DNA of 64,000 nt. Source: Mytilus californianus. Taxonomy: Eukaryota. The notes under the pieces were generated by a model. That model saw only the letters and a program-made list of their open reading frames with translations, had not been told where the DNA came from and did not search any database. The translations under genes and the position numbers were made by a program. This document shows positions 1 to 10,861 of this stretch, piece after piece; positions within the stretch are counted from its first letter, which is position 1, and every line of letters starts with the position of its first letter. The stretch covers positions 50,964,001-51,028,000 of the forward strand of contig NW_026262604.1 of the NCBI RefSeq assembly GCF_021869535.1, written 5' to 3'.

Positions 1-141
1 AAATATAACGCAATAATTCCCCCCTACCGATTGGTCAGTTACATGTACTAAACAATTATCATCAATTGTGTATATATAACCAAGATATCTCATAACTAGG
101 CAAGGTATATTCACTAGATTTGAACCAACGACGACTTTATT

Positions 142-264
142 ATGAAGAACTACTTGGTTTCCACAATATTTTTCGTTATTTCTGTCTCTTTGGCAACCTG
201 TCAGGTACCACGATGGGGAAGATGCCCGGATATTCCAGTAAAACAGAACTTTGATGCAGACAGG
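142..264 (+). CDS. ApoD: Apolipoprotein D-like lipocalin, exon 1 of 5 (signal peptide, first Cys)
   Basis: MKNYLVSTIFFVISVSLATC-QVPRWGRCPDIPVKQNFDADR; phase-0 donor GTAAGT at 265. The five exons total 579 nt = 192 aa + stop in one frame. Confidence 0.93.
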
Positions 265-1560
265 GTAAGTGAAAGCTTTTGTATCCAATGTCACAGACAG
301 TTTTATTTGTACAGAAAAAAATCACATAAAAAATTCAATTATTTTTTATTTCTTTTTATACTGGTAATTTTTGAAAATGATATATTCAGTCGCAAAATAA
401 AATTGAATTGTCGCTATCGTTTTTTTAAATCTTGGTTGACTTGTCTATTCAGGTTTTAAATTTACTAGAGAACTTTGGTTTAGGTGTCTCATATATGGTC
501 GCTTAAATTTAAGTTGAATTTGACATTTTTCATACGGTGAACATTTGTAGAATTTGTCGATATAAAAATAAGGAGGTGAGGTATGGTTGCCAATGCGAAA
601 ACTATCCACCAAAGTTAAAATGAAGTGGATGTAAGAAAATATAGGCCTTCAACAATGATAAATAAAAGTACAAAGTTGTAAACAACTACACGATATGGTT
701 TTGAACAACACTGTGCAATTAAAACCAATCTCGTATAGTAAGCTATATACTTATGTATAAAAAGTTGAGATAAAAGTTTCATTAAATTATATATTATATA
801 TATCTAGCGGTTGCGTGATTTAGAGTTTGACGCATGTATGTTTCAAATAAGCATTTTCGTAAATATCCTTGGACTTTCTGATGTTCACATCGCATATCCT
901 TATATTCATTGTATGTATGTGTGTCGTATAACTCTCCACTGCTGACATGAATATTTAAGGAATGACTACTATGTTTTCTGTCTATGAAGAAATAACATAA
1001 AAATGTAGTGCACACTGAATAAAATTATGTCTATGAGCTGATAGACAAAATAATTTCAGCCAATCAAAAGACGTGTTACATCCAAAATTAAATTATTAGT
1101 ATATAATTAATGCAGTCGTTTTTAGTAAAGCTAGTGTTCATGAAATGTTAATATAGTTTGAAACACTGGCCTTAGCCTCATTTGTCACAACATTTTGGAG
1201 TTAAGGGTTTTCATTGGCCCTCAACTATAAAAAAAAACTGTTTGATTCAAACAATGCCTGTGAGTCTTGTGTACAGCAATTCGTGTTTTGCGTATTGAGT
1301 TATAATACTGATATTTTTTATGACGTTTTACCCTGTTGGACACCTACACATGGAAGGAGAATACACACGATTAATCACATTGTCATATTGAAAATTTGCT
1401 TGTGTCGTTGGTTTGCTGCCTTCTTGATACAATTTTAAATTCTCCATTTTTACATTTTTGATTTAATATAAACTTTTCTCTCAACAAATCTAAACAATGT
1501 GACATACTTGAAGTTAGAGAAGAGAAAAACTATTAGACGCAAATGTTTGTTTATTTTCAG

Positions 1561-1691
1561 TATTTAGGTAAATGGTACGAAAATGAGAAATTTTTCTTTC
1601 TTGCTGAACTTGGTCTCAAATGTATTAGTGCTAATTACAGCTTAAACAACGATGGTAGCATTAAAGTTCTTAACGCGGGAGTTAACACGAG
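1561..1691 (+). CDS. ApoD: ApoD-like lipocalin, exon 2
   Basis: Acceptor TTATTTTCAG; YLGKWYENEK (lipocalin SCR1 GxW motif) ...KCISANYSLNNDGSIKVLNAGVNT; donor GTATGT at 1692 (phase 2). Confidence 0.93.
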
Positions 1692-2139
1692 GTATGTTTA
1701 TTTTAAGAAAAAAACATGTTTAGGCTGGTTCTCTACCTTGCAACATACGGGTATCTGAGTCACCTTTGTTTTTTTCTTATATCTGTCGGGGTAAGCAACT
1801 AAAGGACAGGGAACCAGTCTACATTTTGTATTTAAATTAATTTTTTTCCACGTATGCATTACAAAACAAGTCCGGGAAATCAAACATTTTGAACATTATT
1901 TCTAATTAACACAGAACAATTCAATTCTTTTAAACATTTGGATGGCGATTTCTCCCCTCATTTTTATTTATCAAAACTCTTACAGGTCCGTTATTGGTAA
2001 AAATGGAATAATACCATATCTACAAAGTATAAAGTAATTGTATCCTACCATTTTGGTATTACAAGTTAAAATAATTCTATTACAACTGTCAATTCGAATA
2101 TCGTTTCAACATTCATACATTGTTTTTTTTTTTTCATAG

Positions 2140-2222
2140 AACTGGTCGTCCAAGTGAAGCTGTTGGTAGAGCAACATTAGGAGAGACTGAACCAGCAAAA
2201 TTATCTGTCAAGTTTTCTAGAT
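2140..2222 (+). CDS. ApoD: ApoD-like lipocalin, exon 3
   Basis: Poly-T CATAG acceptor; (R)TGRPSEAVGRATLGETEPAKLSVKFSR; donor GTAAGT at 2223 (phase 1). Confidence 0.9.
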
Positions 2223-2414
2223 GTAAGTATATATTAAAATTGATTTTCTTAAAAACATACAATAAATAGACATAAAATTGAGAATGGGAACAAGGAATGC
2301 GTCAAAGAGACAAAAAATCGACCAAAGAGCAGAAAACAGCCCAAGACCACCAATGGGTCTTCAACACAGCGAGAAAATCCCGCACCCGGAGGCGGGCCTT
2401 AGCTGGCCCCTTAA

Positions 2415-3034
2415 GGGCATACGATACAGTTACAGGGGAGGCAATGACGTTGCTAACGTAAAATGTTATTTTCGCGACGTCGAACTGCGACATACCGGGA
2501 AAAGATGCATTTTTCGACTGATTTTAATCATTCAGACTGATTTAACTTGAAAACGAGTTCATGGACCCCTCTTTTTTAAAATGACATTAGGTTTGATTAC
2601 GTATGAAGATTATTTGTACAAATTTTTATGAAAAAGTCAATAATGGAATTTTTTTAAATTAGATAAATAGACAGCAAAAAATACCGTTTTTTTCCTAAAC
2701 CCTTGGAACTTTGATAAAAATTAATTATTTCCAAAGAATTTTTATCCAAAATTAGAGCATACTTATGTAAAGAAGATTTTCTAGATGTTTTTACAAAAAA
2801 TCGCGTGTGTTTATCTTTTGAAACAAAAGAGTAAGGCATGTCTATCCAAAGGATAAAAATATAAAAAAAAAAAATTTTGGTAAATGTCTAAAATTTTGAC
2901 CCCCATTTATCTCCGAAATTAGCACATGAAGGTATATTTTATATTACATATTTGAATTGACTGGGTGAAAAATAGCTTGTAAGCAAATTTTCGTAAAAAA
3001 ATCAATATGGGATCAAAACTGTATCGTATGCTTT
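2415..3034. mobile_element. TTAA-flanked MITE (Kolobok-like) in ApoD intron 3
   Basis: TIRs GGGCATACGATACAGTT / AACTGTATCGTATGCTT; TTAA at 2411-2414 and 3035-3038; purine-purine terminus. It interrupts another repeat whose uninterrupted homolog lies on the - strand near 25560-25650. Confidence 0.8.
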
Positions 3035-3726
3035 TAACAATAAGGTATACTAGGTTTGCGAAAATGAACGTCACACTAAACTCCGAAACATATAATTAAT
3101 GAACCAAAATTGAAAAAAAACAACACACAAGACTAACAAAGGCCAGAGGTTTCTGACTTGGGACAGGCGTAAAAATGCGGCGGGGTTAAACTTGTAGACA
3201 TGATAACTTATAGTCTGTTTGGTGTACAATGTATTGCTAAATATAACTGTCACAGACATCTCTTTAACACCGACCCCCCTTTTTCGCCCTATAGTAAATG
3301 ATGTTCTATTGATTTTGGTGCAGAGTTGTGGGTCTTGATAAAAAGGTCATATGAAGGAGGACACACTTTTTGTTCTTTTAGGGAACGAATGAATTTTGTT
3401 GAATAAATATTCATATAATGTAACTATAAACTTACAAATGTGTTGACTGCAGGCGTAAATAATTCAAATGAAATTAAACGGCGGAATTGTACAAGATGAA
3501 ATTTAATAAAACGTTTTGAAAACTTCAATGCGAATCTTAAATAATGATAATATACAAGCTTTTGTTTTGCTAATAGATTGAGTCAACAAGATTATGCATA
3601 CGTCCTATACGTGTGTTATACTGTTGTTTAGTCTGGTACAAAGTGAATGCTATTTCCCTGATTATCATTCAAACAATTGTTTTTAATTTGAAATATAAAA
3701 CCATCAAATGAAATACAGACTTAATG

Positions 3727-4019
3727 AGGGTCTGGATGGGGTTTACAAAATAGATTGATTGATTGTGATTACTTAATACCCAGTGTCAAATGTTTCATGC
3801 ATTTTCAGGACGATTACAGAATTTAGAATAGTGGACGAAAAAAAAAACAGAATAAAGGATTAAAAAATTATGCAAAGAGAAAAATAGGCCCAAAAAATCA
3901 GGAATAGAGAATATAAGGGTGAAATAAGGAGTAAAGAATAATGGGCAACATGAATAAAGAATAGAGATAATGGTATAAAAAACAAAGAATAAAAAATGAA
4001 AGACCCACATCCAGACCCT
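3727..4019. mobile_element. Small MITE-like element
   Basis: Inverted termini AGGGTCTGGATG / CATCCAGACCCT around AGAATA-rich filler; related fragment near 46746-46915; no clear TSD. Confidence 0.5.
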
Positions 4020-4102
4020 TAAATTATTACTGTACTCAACGTTGTAAAAAACTATTCCCACATATATGTTGATGATGTTAGACATTTGATATTTTTTTAC
4101 AG

Positions 4103-4195
4103 TCCAACCAGCAGGTGCCTATTGGGTTTTAGACACAGACTATGACACATACTCCTTGGTTTGGTCATGTAGCGACTTCTATTTTGCAAGAACAG
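4103..4195 (+). CDS. ApoD: ApoD-like lipocalin, exon 4
   Basis: Acceptor TTTTTACAG; (F)QPAGAYWVLDTDYDTYSLVWSCSDFYFART (SCR2 TDY motif); donor GTATTA at 4196. Confidence 0.93.
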
Positions 4196-6698
4196 GTATT
4201 ATACATTGTTGTCAGTCATTCATTATAATCTAAGGAATTTTTTGTAAGGAGTAAATCACGAGAAAAAGTTAATAACGTCACGGTCACATGACAAAATTAT
4301 GTCTATGAGTTGATAGACAAAAGACTTTAACCCAATCAGAAGACGTGTTACATCCAAAATTAAATTATTAGGCTATGTAAGAAAACAGGTGAAATCTTTG
4401 TATAAAAATCATGCTTATAGATAGACATAGCCGTTTTGTATAGTGCGCATGCGGATGTAGAATGACATTTTTTGTAGATTTCGGAAGAAGGCGTTTATTT
4501 AACATTCATTGTGAAATAACTCGAGCAATCACTTACCACATTCTCTTCCCATGTGTAAAAAGTATAACAAAAATATCGAACTCTACGGTAAATTCTAGCA
4601 GGGAGAAGTCCATAAAAACTGACAAAATCAAACGTTATCAACCAACGGAACGAGCGGAAAACAACTGTCATATTACTGACTTGGTACAGACATTTTCCGA
4701 AGAACATGGTGGATTAAACCTGGATGTATAAGCTAAGCATCCCACTTGTATAAGGTCAGGACTTTAATATTAAACTAAATTTTGATTGGAAAGACCACAA
4801 AACAAATCTTAACTTAAATTTCCAATGTTTTTATTTTATAGGGTTGAGTGTCATAACTCCGATTAAAGTTTTAACTTTATGAAAACGAATTCCAATTCCT
4901 ATCTCTATGACACACAGTTTCAAATGGAATTAGCAAACGCCTACTAACGGTTTATAGCTCTGCTAGTCGACAATTTCTTAGCGTTTTATTCTCCAATTCA
5001 ATTTTTCTCTATCAACATATTTTTCATTTTTAGATTATGGTAATAAATTATTCCATAACATTTCTAATTGTAAAATAAATGTCCTCCTTAAAGTTTACTA
5101 TATAAATGCAACACAATTGATTTATTAGTACCGATTAAAAAAAATATTGTATTTATTTTGGTTTCTGATATGTTCCTCAATCGAATATCTTCATAATTTA
5201 AATTCAAGTTAGCGAAATATCCAATTAAGACAAATTAGAAATTAATGTTGATTTGAACATCAACAAAAAAAAAAAAAAAAAAAACACACATGGAAGATAT
5301 ACACGTGTGTTAGATACATGTAACAGAAGAGTATTGTTTATTACTGCACTGACAATTTTAGTTGTTTTTACAGTACATTTTGTACTAATCTTTTAGTATG
5401 TCAGAATCTCAATACTATAATTTTTTTAATATTGACAATTTATTTTTACAAAAGACTGATATTAGGAAAAGTTGAGCGCTCACAAACTTGTTGAATTCCG
5501 CCACTTTCTGTATCTTCCTGTTTCAATAAGTCGTAATTCAGTGATTGTCGTTGATTGCTTTCGTCATATATGATTTTGGTTGATTGTTTTGTCATAATTC
5601 AAGCCATCTGTTTTCTCGTTTGAATTGTTTCCAATTTTGTCATGTCAAGGCTTTTAATAGTGGAGGTTTTGTTCGTTTTTAAAGGCCCTACTGCGACCTA
5701 TAGTTGCTAACAAACACGTTATTTGAACTCTGGTGGAAAAATGGTCCCATCGGCAATCATACCACATTCTGAGGCCTCGTTGTATTATCGTGTGTATTAG
5801 TTTTACACCATCTAAAGATTATTATCTGATTAAAAATCAGCACAAATAAGTTATATTCTAAAGTCCTAGAGAACTATCGAGACGCATTTAGTTGGGCTCA
5901 ATGAATTACAAAGAAAACATGGATAAGTATTTGCTTTACATCCAGTAGCAAACATTTCACGCATATTCAGGACAAACAACCACAATAAACACGTGTAATC
6001 ATATTACGATAATAGGTGTTGAGAACCAGAAGTTCATGAGAGTATCTATAATTAGATACTCAAAAATCGAGGGTATTTTGAAAAAGTTTCATTTGGAATT
6101 AAAATATTTCTCTTTTTTAAACGACATATCGATATATCTATGATACGTATTTAGTTTAAGTCAAGCTATAGATAATTAGATTCGTTTATGCATGAATCGT
6201 AATAATGGACAGTCCATAGAACTAGGAAACATATTTGAAAATAGTGTTCTTAAGTGCCAATCTGCCTAAGAATCAGGCAGTGGTGAAAACATGACAAACA
6301 AAAACCCACCCAAGCTGACATTATATTATGTTAAAATTGTATAATGGTGCATGAATATAACATTCATTTCCTTTTCCTGTTCTGGTAACTCAAGATATAA
6401 TTTGGTTGAAATGCACTAGAAATTAAAAATTAAGGGGAGCTAACTCCGTAATTTGCTATCATTCTAACCAAAAGTTATTTAGAGATATCTCGATTTACCA
6501 GACACGCACAATCAAAAGACCTTCTATTTCTAACTCAGGATGAGATTAACTTCAAAATAGGATGGTTAGGTAGGTGGGTTTTTTTGGCCATGTTTTGAAA
6601 TTTTTCTTAATTGTCTTATTCTTACAAAGACTGGCACTTAATTTACTACATCTTTTTTTAATTTTTTACATTCCTTGATTTCACATATTAGGGTTTGG

Positions 6699-6740
6699 GC
6701 GTTCCTTATGAAGATAAATCTAGAGAATTACTACGGACGC
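6699..6740 (+). ncRNA. Degenerate hammerhead-like motif (same repeat family as 38880-38921)
   Basis: GCGTTC-CTTATGA-AGATAAATCTA-GAGA...GGACGC; helix I arms retained, catalytic core mutated. Confidence 0.3.
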
Positions 6741-6886
6741 ATGAAAGTTATAAGGTGTTAGTTTCATTTTGCATAAAATATAGATATACATTTGTACTAC
6801 TGAAACTGTATTTGCCTTCAAAACTGCTATGATTTCGAAGTATATAATTATTGAAACACCTCCACTTTTACAATTTGTTTCTTCAG

Positions 6887-7035
6887 AAATTGCTTGGATT
6901 CTGACAAGAGACCGTGATGGTGTAGACGAAGCAACAACAAACAGATTAAAGAACATTCTACAAACGTATCACGTTGATACAACTTCGTTTAGAAAAACCG
7001 ATCAAATTGGTTGTACGAAAAACATTGGATATTAA
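6887..7035 (+). CDS. ApoD: ApoD-like lipocalin, exon 5 (terminal)
   Basis: Acceptor TTTCTTCAG; (E)IAWILTRDRDG...KTDQIGCTKNIGY* (SCR3 WILxR and the C-terminal Cys of the ApoD 4-Cys pattern). Confidence 0.92.
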
Positions 7036-7149
7036 ACATAATTGTAACATTCATATCACTTGGATAAGTATATCCGACCAAAATGGATGTATGTAAAACA
7101 TGAGACATAATTAAATAACATATTAAGAAATAATTTGGATTTTGTCATA

Positions 7150-7155
7150 AATAAA
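7150..7155 (+). terminator. Candidate polyadenylation signal of the ApoD-like gene
   Basis: AATAAA 115 nt after the stop; weak evidence on its own in AT-rich DNA. Confidence 0.4.
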
Positions 7156-7639
7156 ATATTACTGACTTGGTGAAATTTGTTTTATTTCCTTATTCGTTAA
7201 TTATGGCACTATCAACTGTTTTAATGTGACCGTTTGTTATTCTACGTTTCTTTTCTTCTTATTATTATTATTGCACCCTCAACGTAGTTGGGGTGACATA
7301 TTGTTATTCTACGCTTCGATTTTTTCTTACCGACCGTGCGAGACGCTCATTGGTAGTCAAGGTCGTTAAGCACCCCTTGATAGTAGTTTTGTTCTTATTT
7401 TTTTATATTCTTCCACTCATTTTGTCTACGGTAGTTCTCAGAATTGAATAGACCAATGATGAAGGAGATTCTACTATACCATAATGTGGGCCACAATGTG
7501 AAGTTGTGTACCTGACTTGGGAATGGTTCAAGATGGCAATGGTTACCATGGAAACCAAAATGATCCAAGGATAATGAAACTTCACACAAATATTAGTTGG
7601 CATATGTAGATGTATCAATTGACTTTTGAATTTTCAAAT

Positions 7640-9345
7640 TGGCCGCCGTTACCATTTCAACCCTCCCCATTGTTTCCTCCATTCCAACCGTTCTAATGAA
7701 CACCGCGTCCTCCGTTACCACCATTTCCACCATTCCCATCGCCTCCTTCAATCCCATTATTCCAATAACCACCATTTCCTCCATTACCACCAGTTCCGCC
7801 ATTCCCATCGCTTCCTTCACTCCTACCGTTCCAATGACCGCCACTTCCTCCATTCCCACAATTTTTACCATTCCAAACTCTTCCTCCATTCCCCCCGTTC
7901 CAATGACAACCATTTCAATGACGACAATTTCCTCCATTCCCATCGCTTCCTCCATTCCCATCGTCCCAATGACCACCGCTTCCTATTCCTACCATTTCTA
8001 TCATTCCAATCGCTTTCGTCACACCATCCATTCCAATGACCACCATTTTCTCTATTCCCACCATTTTCACCGTTTCCATCGCTTCCTTCACCCCCACCAT
8101 TCCAATGACCACCATTTTCTCTATTTCCACCAGTTTCAGCATTCATATTGCTTCCTCCATCCCCACCGTTCCATTGAACATCATTATCTTCATTCCCATC
8201 ATTTCCACAATTCCCATTGCTAATCAATTCCTATCATTCCAATGAACACTGTTTCCTCCATTTCCAACATTCCCATTGCTTCCTTCACTCCCAACATTTC
8301 AATAACCACAATTTCCTCCCATTCTAACTATTTCCACAGTTCCTATTGCTTCCTCCTTTCCCACCGTTTCAATGAACACCATTTCCTCCATTCCCATCAT
8401 TTCTTACATTCCAATTGTTTTCTCCATTCCCACCGTTCCAATGAACAGCATTTGCTCCTATTCCATCATTTCTAACATTTGTATTGCTTCAATCATTCCA
8501 ACCGTTCCAGTGACCTCGTTCCAACATTCCTACAATTTTCACCATTCCTACCATTTCCAACATTCCAATGACCATTATTTTTGTCTATTCCCATCATTAC
8601 CATTATTCCTATTGCTTCCTCTATTCCCACTGTTCCATTGAACACAATTTCCTCCAATTCCATCATTTCCAAAATTCCTATTGCTCCCTTCATTTCTACC
8701 ATTCTAATGACCATCGATTTCTCCATTCCCATCATTTTCACCATTCCCATCGCTTCCTTTCCTCCCACCAATGTTCACCATATTCTCTATTCCCACCATA
8801 TCCACCTTTCCTATTGTTTCCTCCATTCCCCTTATTCCAATAAACACCGTTTCCGCCATTCCCACCATTTCCACCATTCATTTTGCTCCCTCCAATCCCA
8901 CCGTTCTCATGACCATCACTTCCTCTATTTTCACTATTCCCCTTGCCTTTTCGCTACATTCGTTCTAATGACCACCGCGTCCATTCCTACCATTTTTACC
9001 ATTCCCATCGCTTCTTTCACTCCCACCATTCCCATGACCAGCATGTTCTGTATTCCCACCATTTCCACCATTCCTATTGTTTCCTCCATTGCCATTATTT
9101 CAATGAACACTATTTCCTCCATTCCCACCATTTCCACCATTCCTATTGTTTCCTCCATTCCCGTCAGTACAAAAAACATTATCACCATTTCTACCATTTT
9201 GTCATTTATCACAATTTAAACACCCCCGCTTCCTAAGATTCCACAGATTGAATTTATGTTGTATGTCTGGTGTTATAACCTTCACCTTCATCCATATTTA
9301 TTGTTGTCTGTTCTGCGCAATTCCCTTTGTAGTTTATCCTTGATG
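7640..9345 (-). pseudogene. Decayed, expanded Gly/Asn-rich terminal exon of the secreted family (psi-G)
   Basis: ~1.6 kb of ~20-23-codon units such as GHWNGGSEGSDGNGGNGGNGG, broken by many Trp/Gly-to-stop changes and frameshifts. The 5' part (QTTINMDEGEGYNTRHTT; GSGGV) resembles the K1 and K2 tail starts. Confidence 0.8.
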
Positions 9346-10756
9346 ATTTAATAAAACAAATGATACATGTTTTAGCACTTTCTTAAAGCTTAGTACAATG
9401 AGCATGGTGTTAACATTTGAATTCATACACATTTATGTCTCTCAATGATTCTAGAGAATGCATATTTTATAGGTTAGACTGAATATTGTTAATTGCTTAC
9501 GGTTAATCAGTAATATCAAATTCGTAATGCATTCCACTAGCTACATATAACAGTAAGACATGCTTGGTAGAACAGCGAAAGGGTTCAATATAGTTGACAA
9601 GGATTCAAAAGGAAATGTACTTATTCCTTTCCCAAATATTATATACAATCACGAATAAAAAAGAAACACATCACATAAAACTTCAATTAATACACTGATA
9701 TAAACAACTAAAGTTAAGCCCTTTAGAAGTATCAAACAACTGTCAATAAAGAATGAATCATTCCATTTGAAATGAAGCGTTCAGGTTTTATTTGTATTCA
9801 AAATGTTGAAGATTAAAAAAAACTGTTATGCAAAAAATGTCTGTTGAGAGAAGAGATAAACAACGGTGTTCGTTTTTGACTTAAACATGTTGCTAAGTAC
9901 TAAAAAAAATATTTTGGTGCGTAAAAGTAAATGTCGCTTCCCGCTGAATCGAAAAATCTACCCGTTTAGGTTGAAAAGACTCACCCTCGGTCTTATTCCT
10001 TTGTTATATCATAAACAACAACAATTCCATCCCGTGATAGCAATTGAGTTAATGCAAATCTCAATTTCGATGTAGACATATCATAAGCATTAGAACCAAC
10101 GTGTAATACTATATTTCGGGAATACAAGTTTACTCTTCAAAAAAACTGCAGGAACTCAGATTTAGTTTAAACACATTATATGTGATATGTGATATATTGC
10201 AATTCAATTAACTATTCAACTAAACATATTTATTAAATTGTTACTTCCATTATGTCTACAGTAAAATATGACATTATCAATTGCAAGTAGTGTGATGAGG
10301 TATACTCAACCAGCTGTGTCCATCTGATTAGGATTCTTAAGTATTCTAACGATCTACTTCAAAACTTTTAATCATACCATTACAATTTTGCAGTTATATT
10401 AAAACGATTTCTATAATAGTTAACCCGTATTGACCGTATTATTATTGTATTCATTTTTAAATACACAAGAATCTTCAGCAGATTATTGTATTCAAAACAG
10501 GATGCTTTCGCTTACAAATACAATATTTTTTCATAAAGTGCACCAATCATAAAATATACGAAGAAATAAATACAGATGGTAAATCATATGTATACCGAAG
10601 AAAAAAAAAAAACCAACCAATTTTTGTTAATTCCATGTGCTAGATCTGCACAAGGAATACTACCAAATGAGAGCATCATATTTTAAAATACTTATAAAAT
10701 ATTACTTCTAAGATCATGGGAACCACATGAATATCATTCATAATTGATATAGGTTC

Positions 10757-10811
10757 GCAATTTTCAATGTCCCGAAACTGTTACAACAACTAAGATAAAA
10801 TAAAGGTTCAT
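10757..10811 (-). pseudogene. Dead signal-peptide exon 1 of psi-G
   Basis: ATG AAC CTT TAT TTT ATC TTA GTT GTT GTA ACA GTT TCG GGA CAT TGA = MNLYFILVVVTVSGH*; premature TGA at the conserved Trp; donor decayed to GAACCT, followed by the family intron motif ATATCAATT. Confidence 0.75.
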
Positions 10812-10854
10812 TCTCCCGTAAGCCTTTTACTTGAAAGAGAGAGAGAAATACATG

Positions 10855-10861
10855 TTTTATA
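10855..10861 (-). promoter_or_regulatory. TATA box of psi-G
   Basis: TATAAAA at the family-conserved position, with conserved upstream motifs. Confidence 0.6.

Noticed and set aside
265-459. 3' part of the 105-aa ORF at 142-459
   Set aside because: Read-through into ApoD intron 1 past the GTAAGT donor.
7626-9219. Plus-strand ORFs rich in I/P/S/T or H/F (also 15895-16218, 22657-23058, 26262-26633, 33007-33447, 36662-37066, 47902-48241, 61235-61618)
   Set aside because: Antisense shadows of GGN-AAT repeats; only the minus-strand Gly/Asn frame has splice sites, signal exons and TATA boxes.
9885-9950. Possible Kunitz remnant of psi-G (DSAGSDIYFYAPKYFF*YLATC)
   Set aside because: Only loose similarity to DSGKCFFW..WFFN..GTC; no GCxGN/NRF half and no acceptor. 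Needs a profile search.
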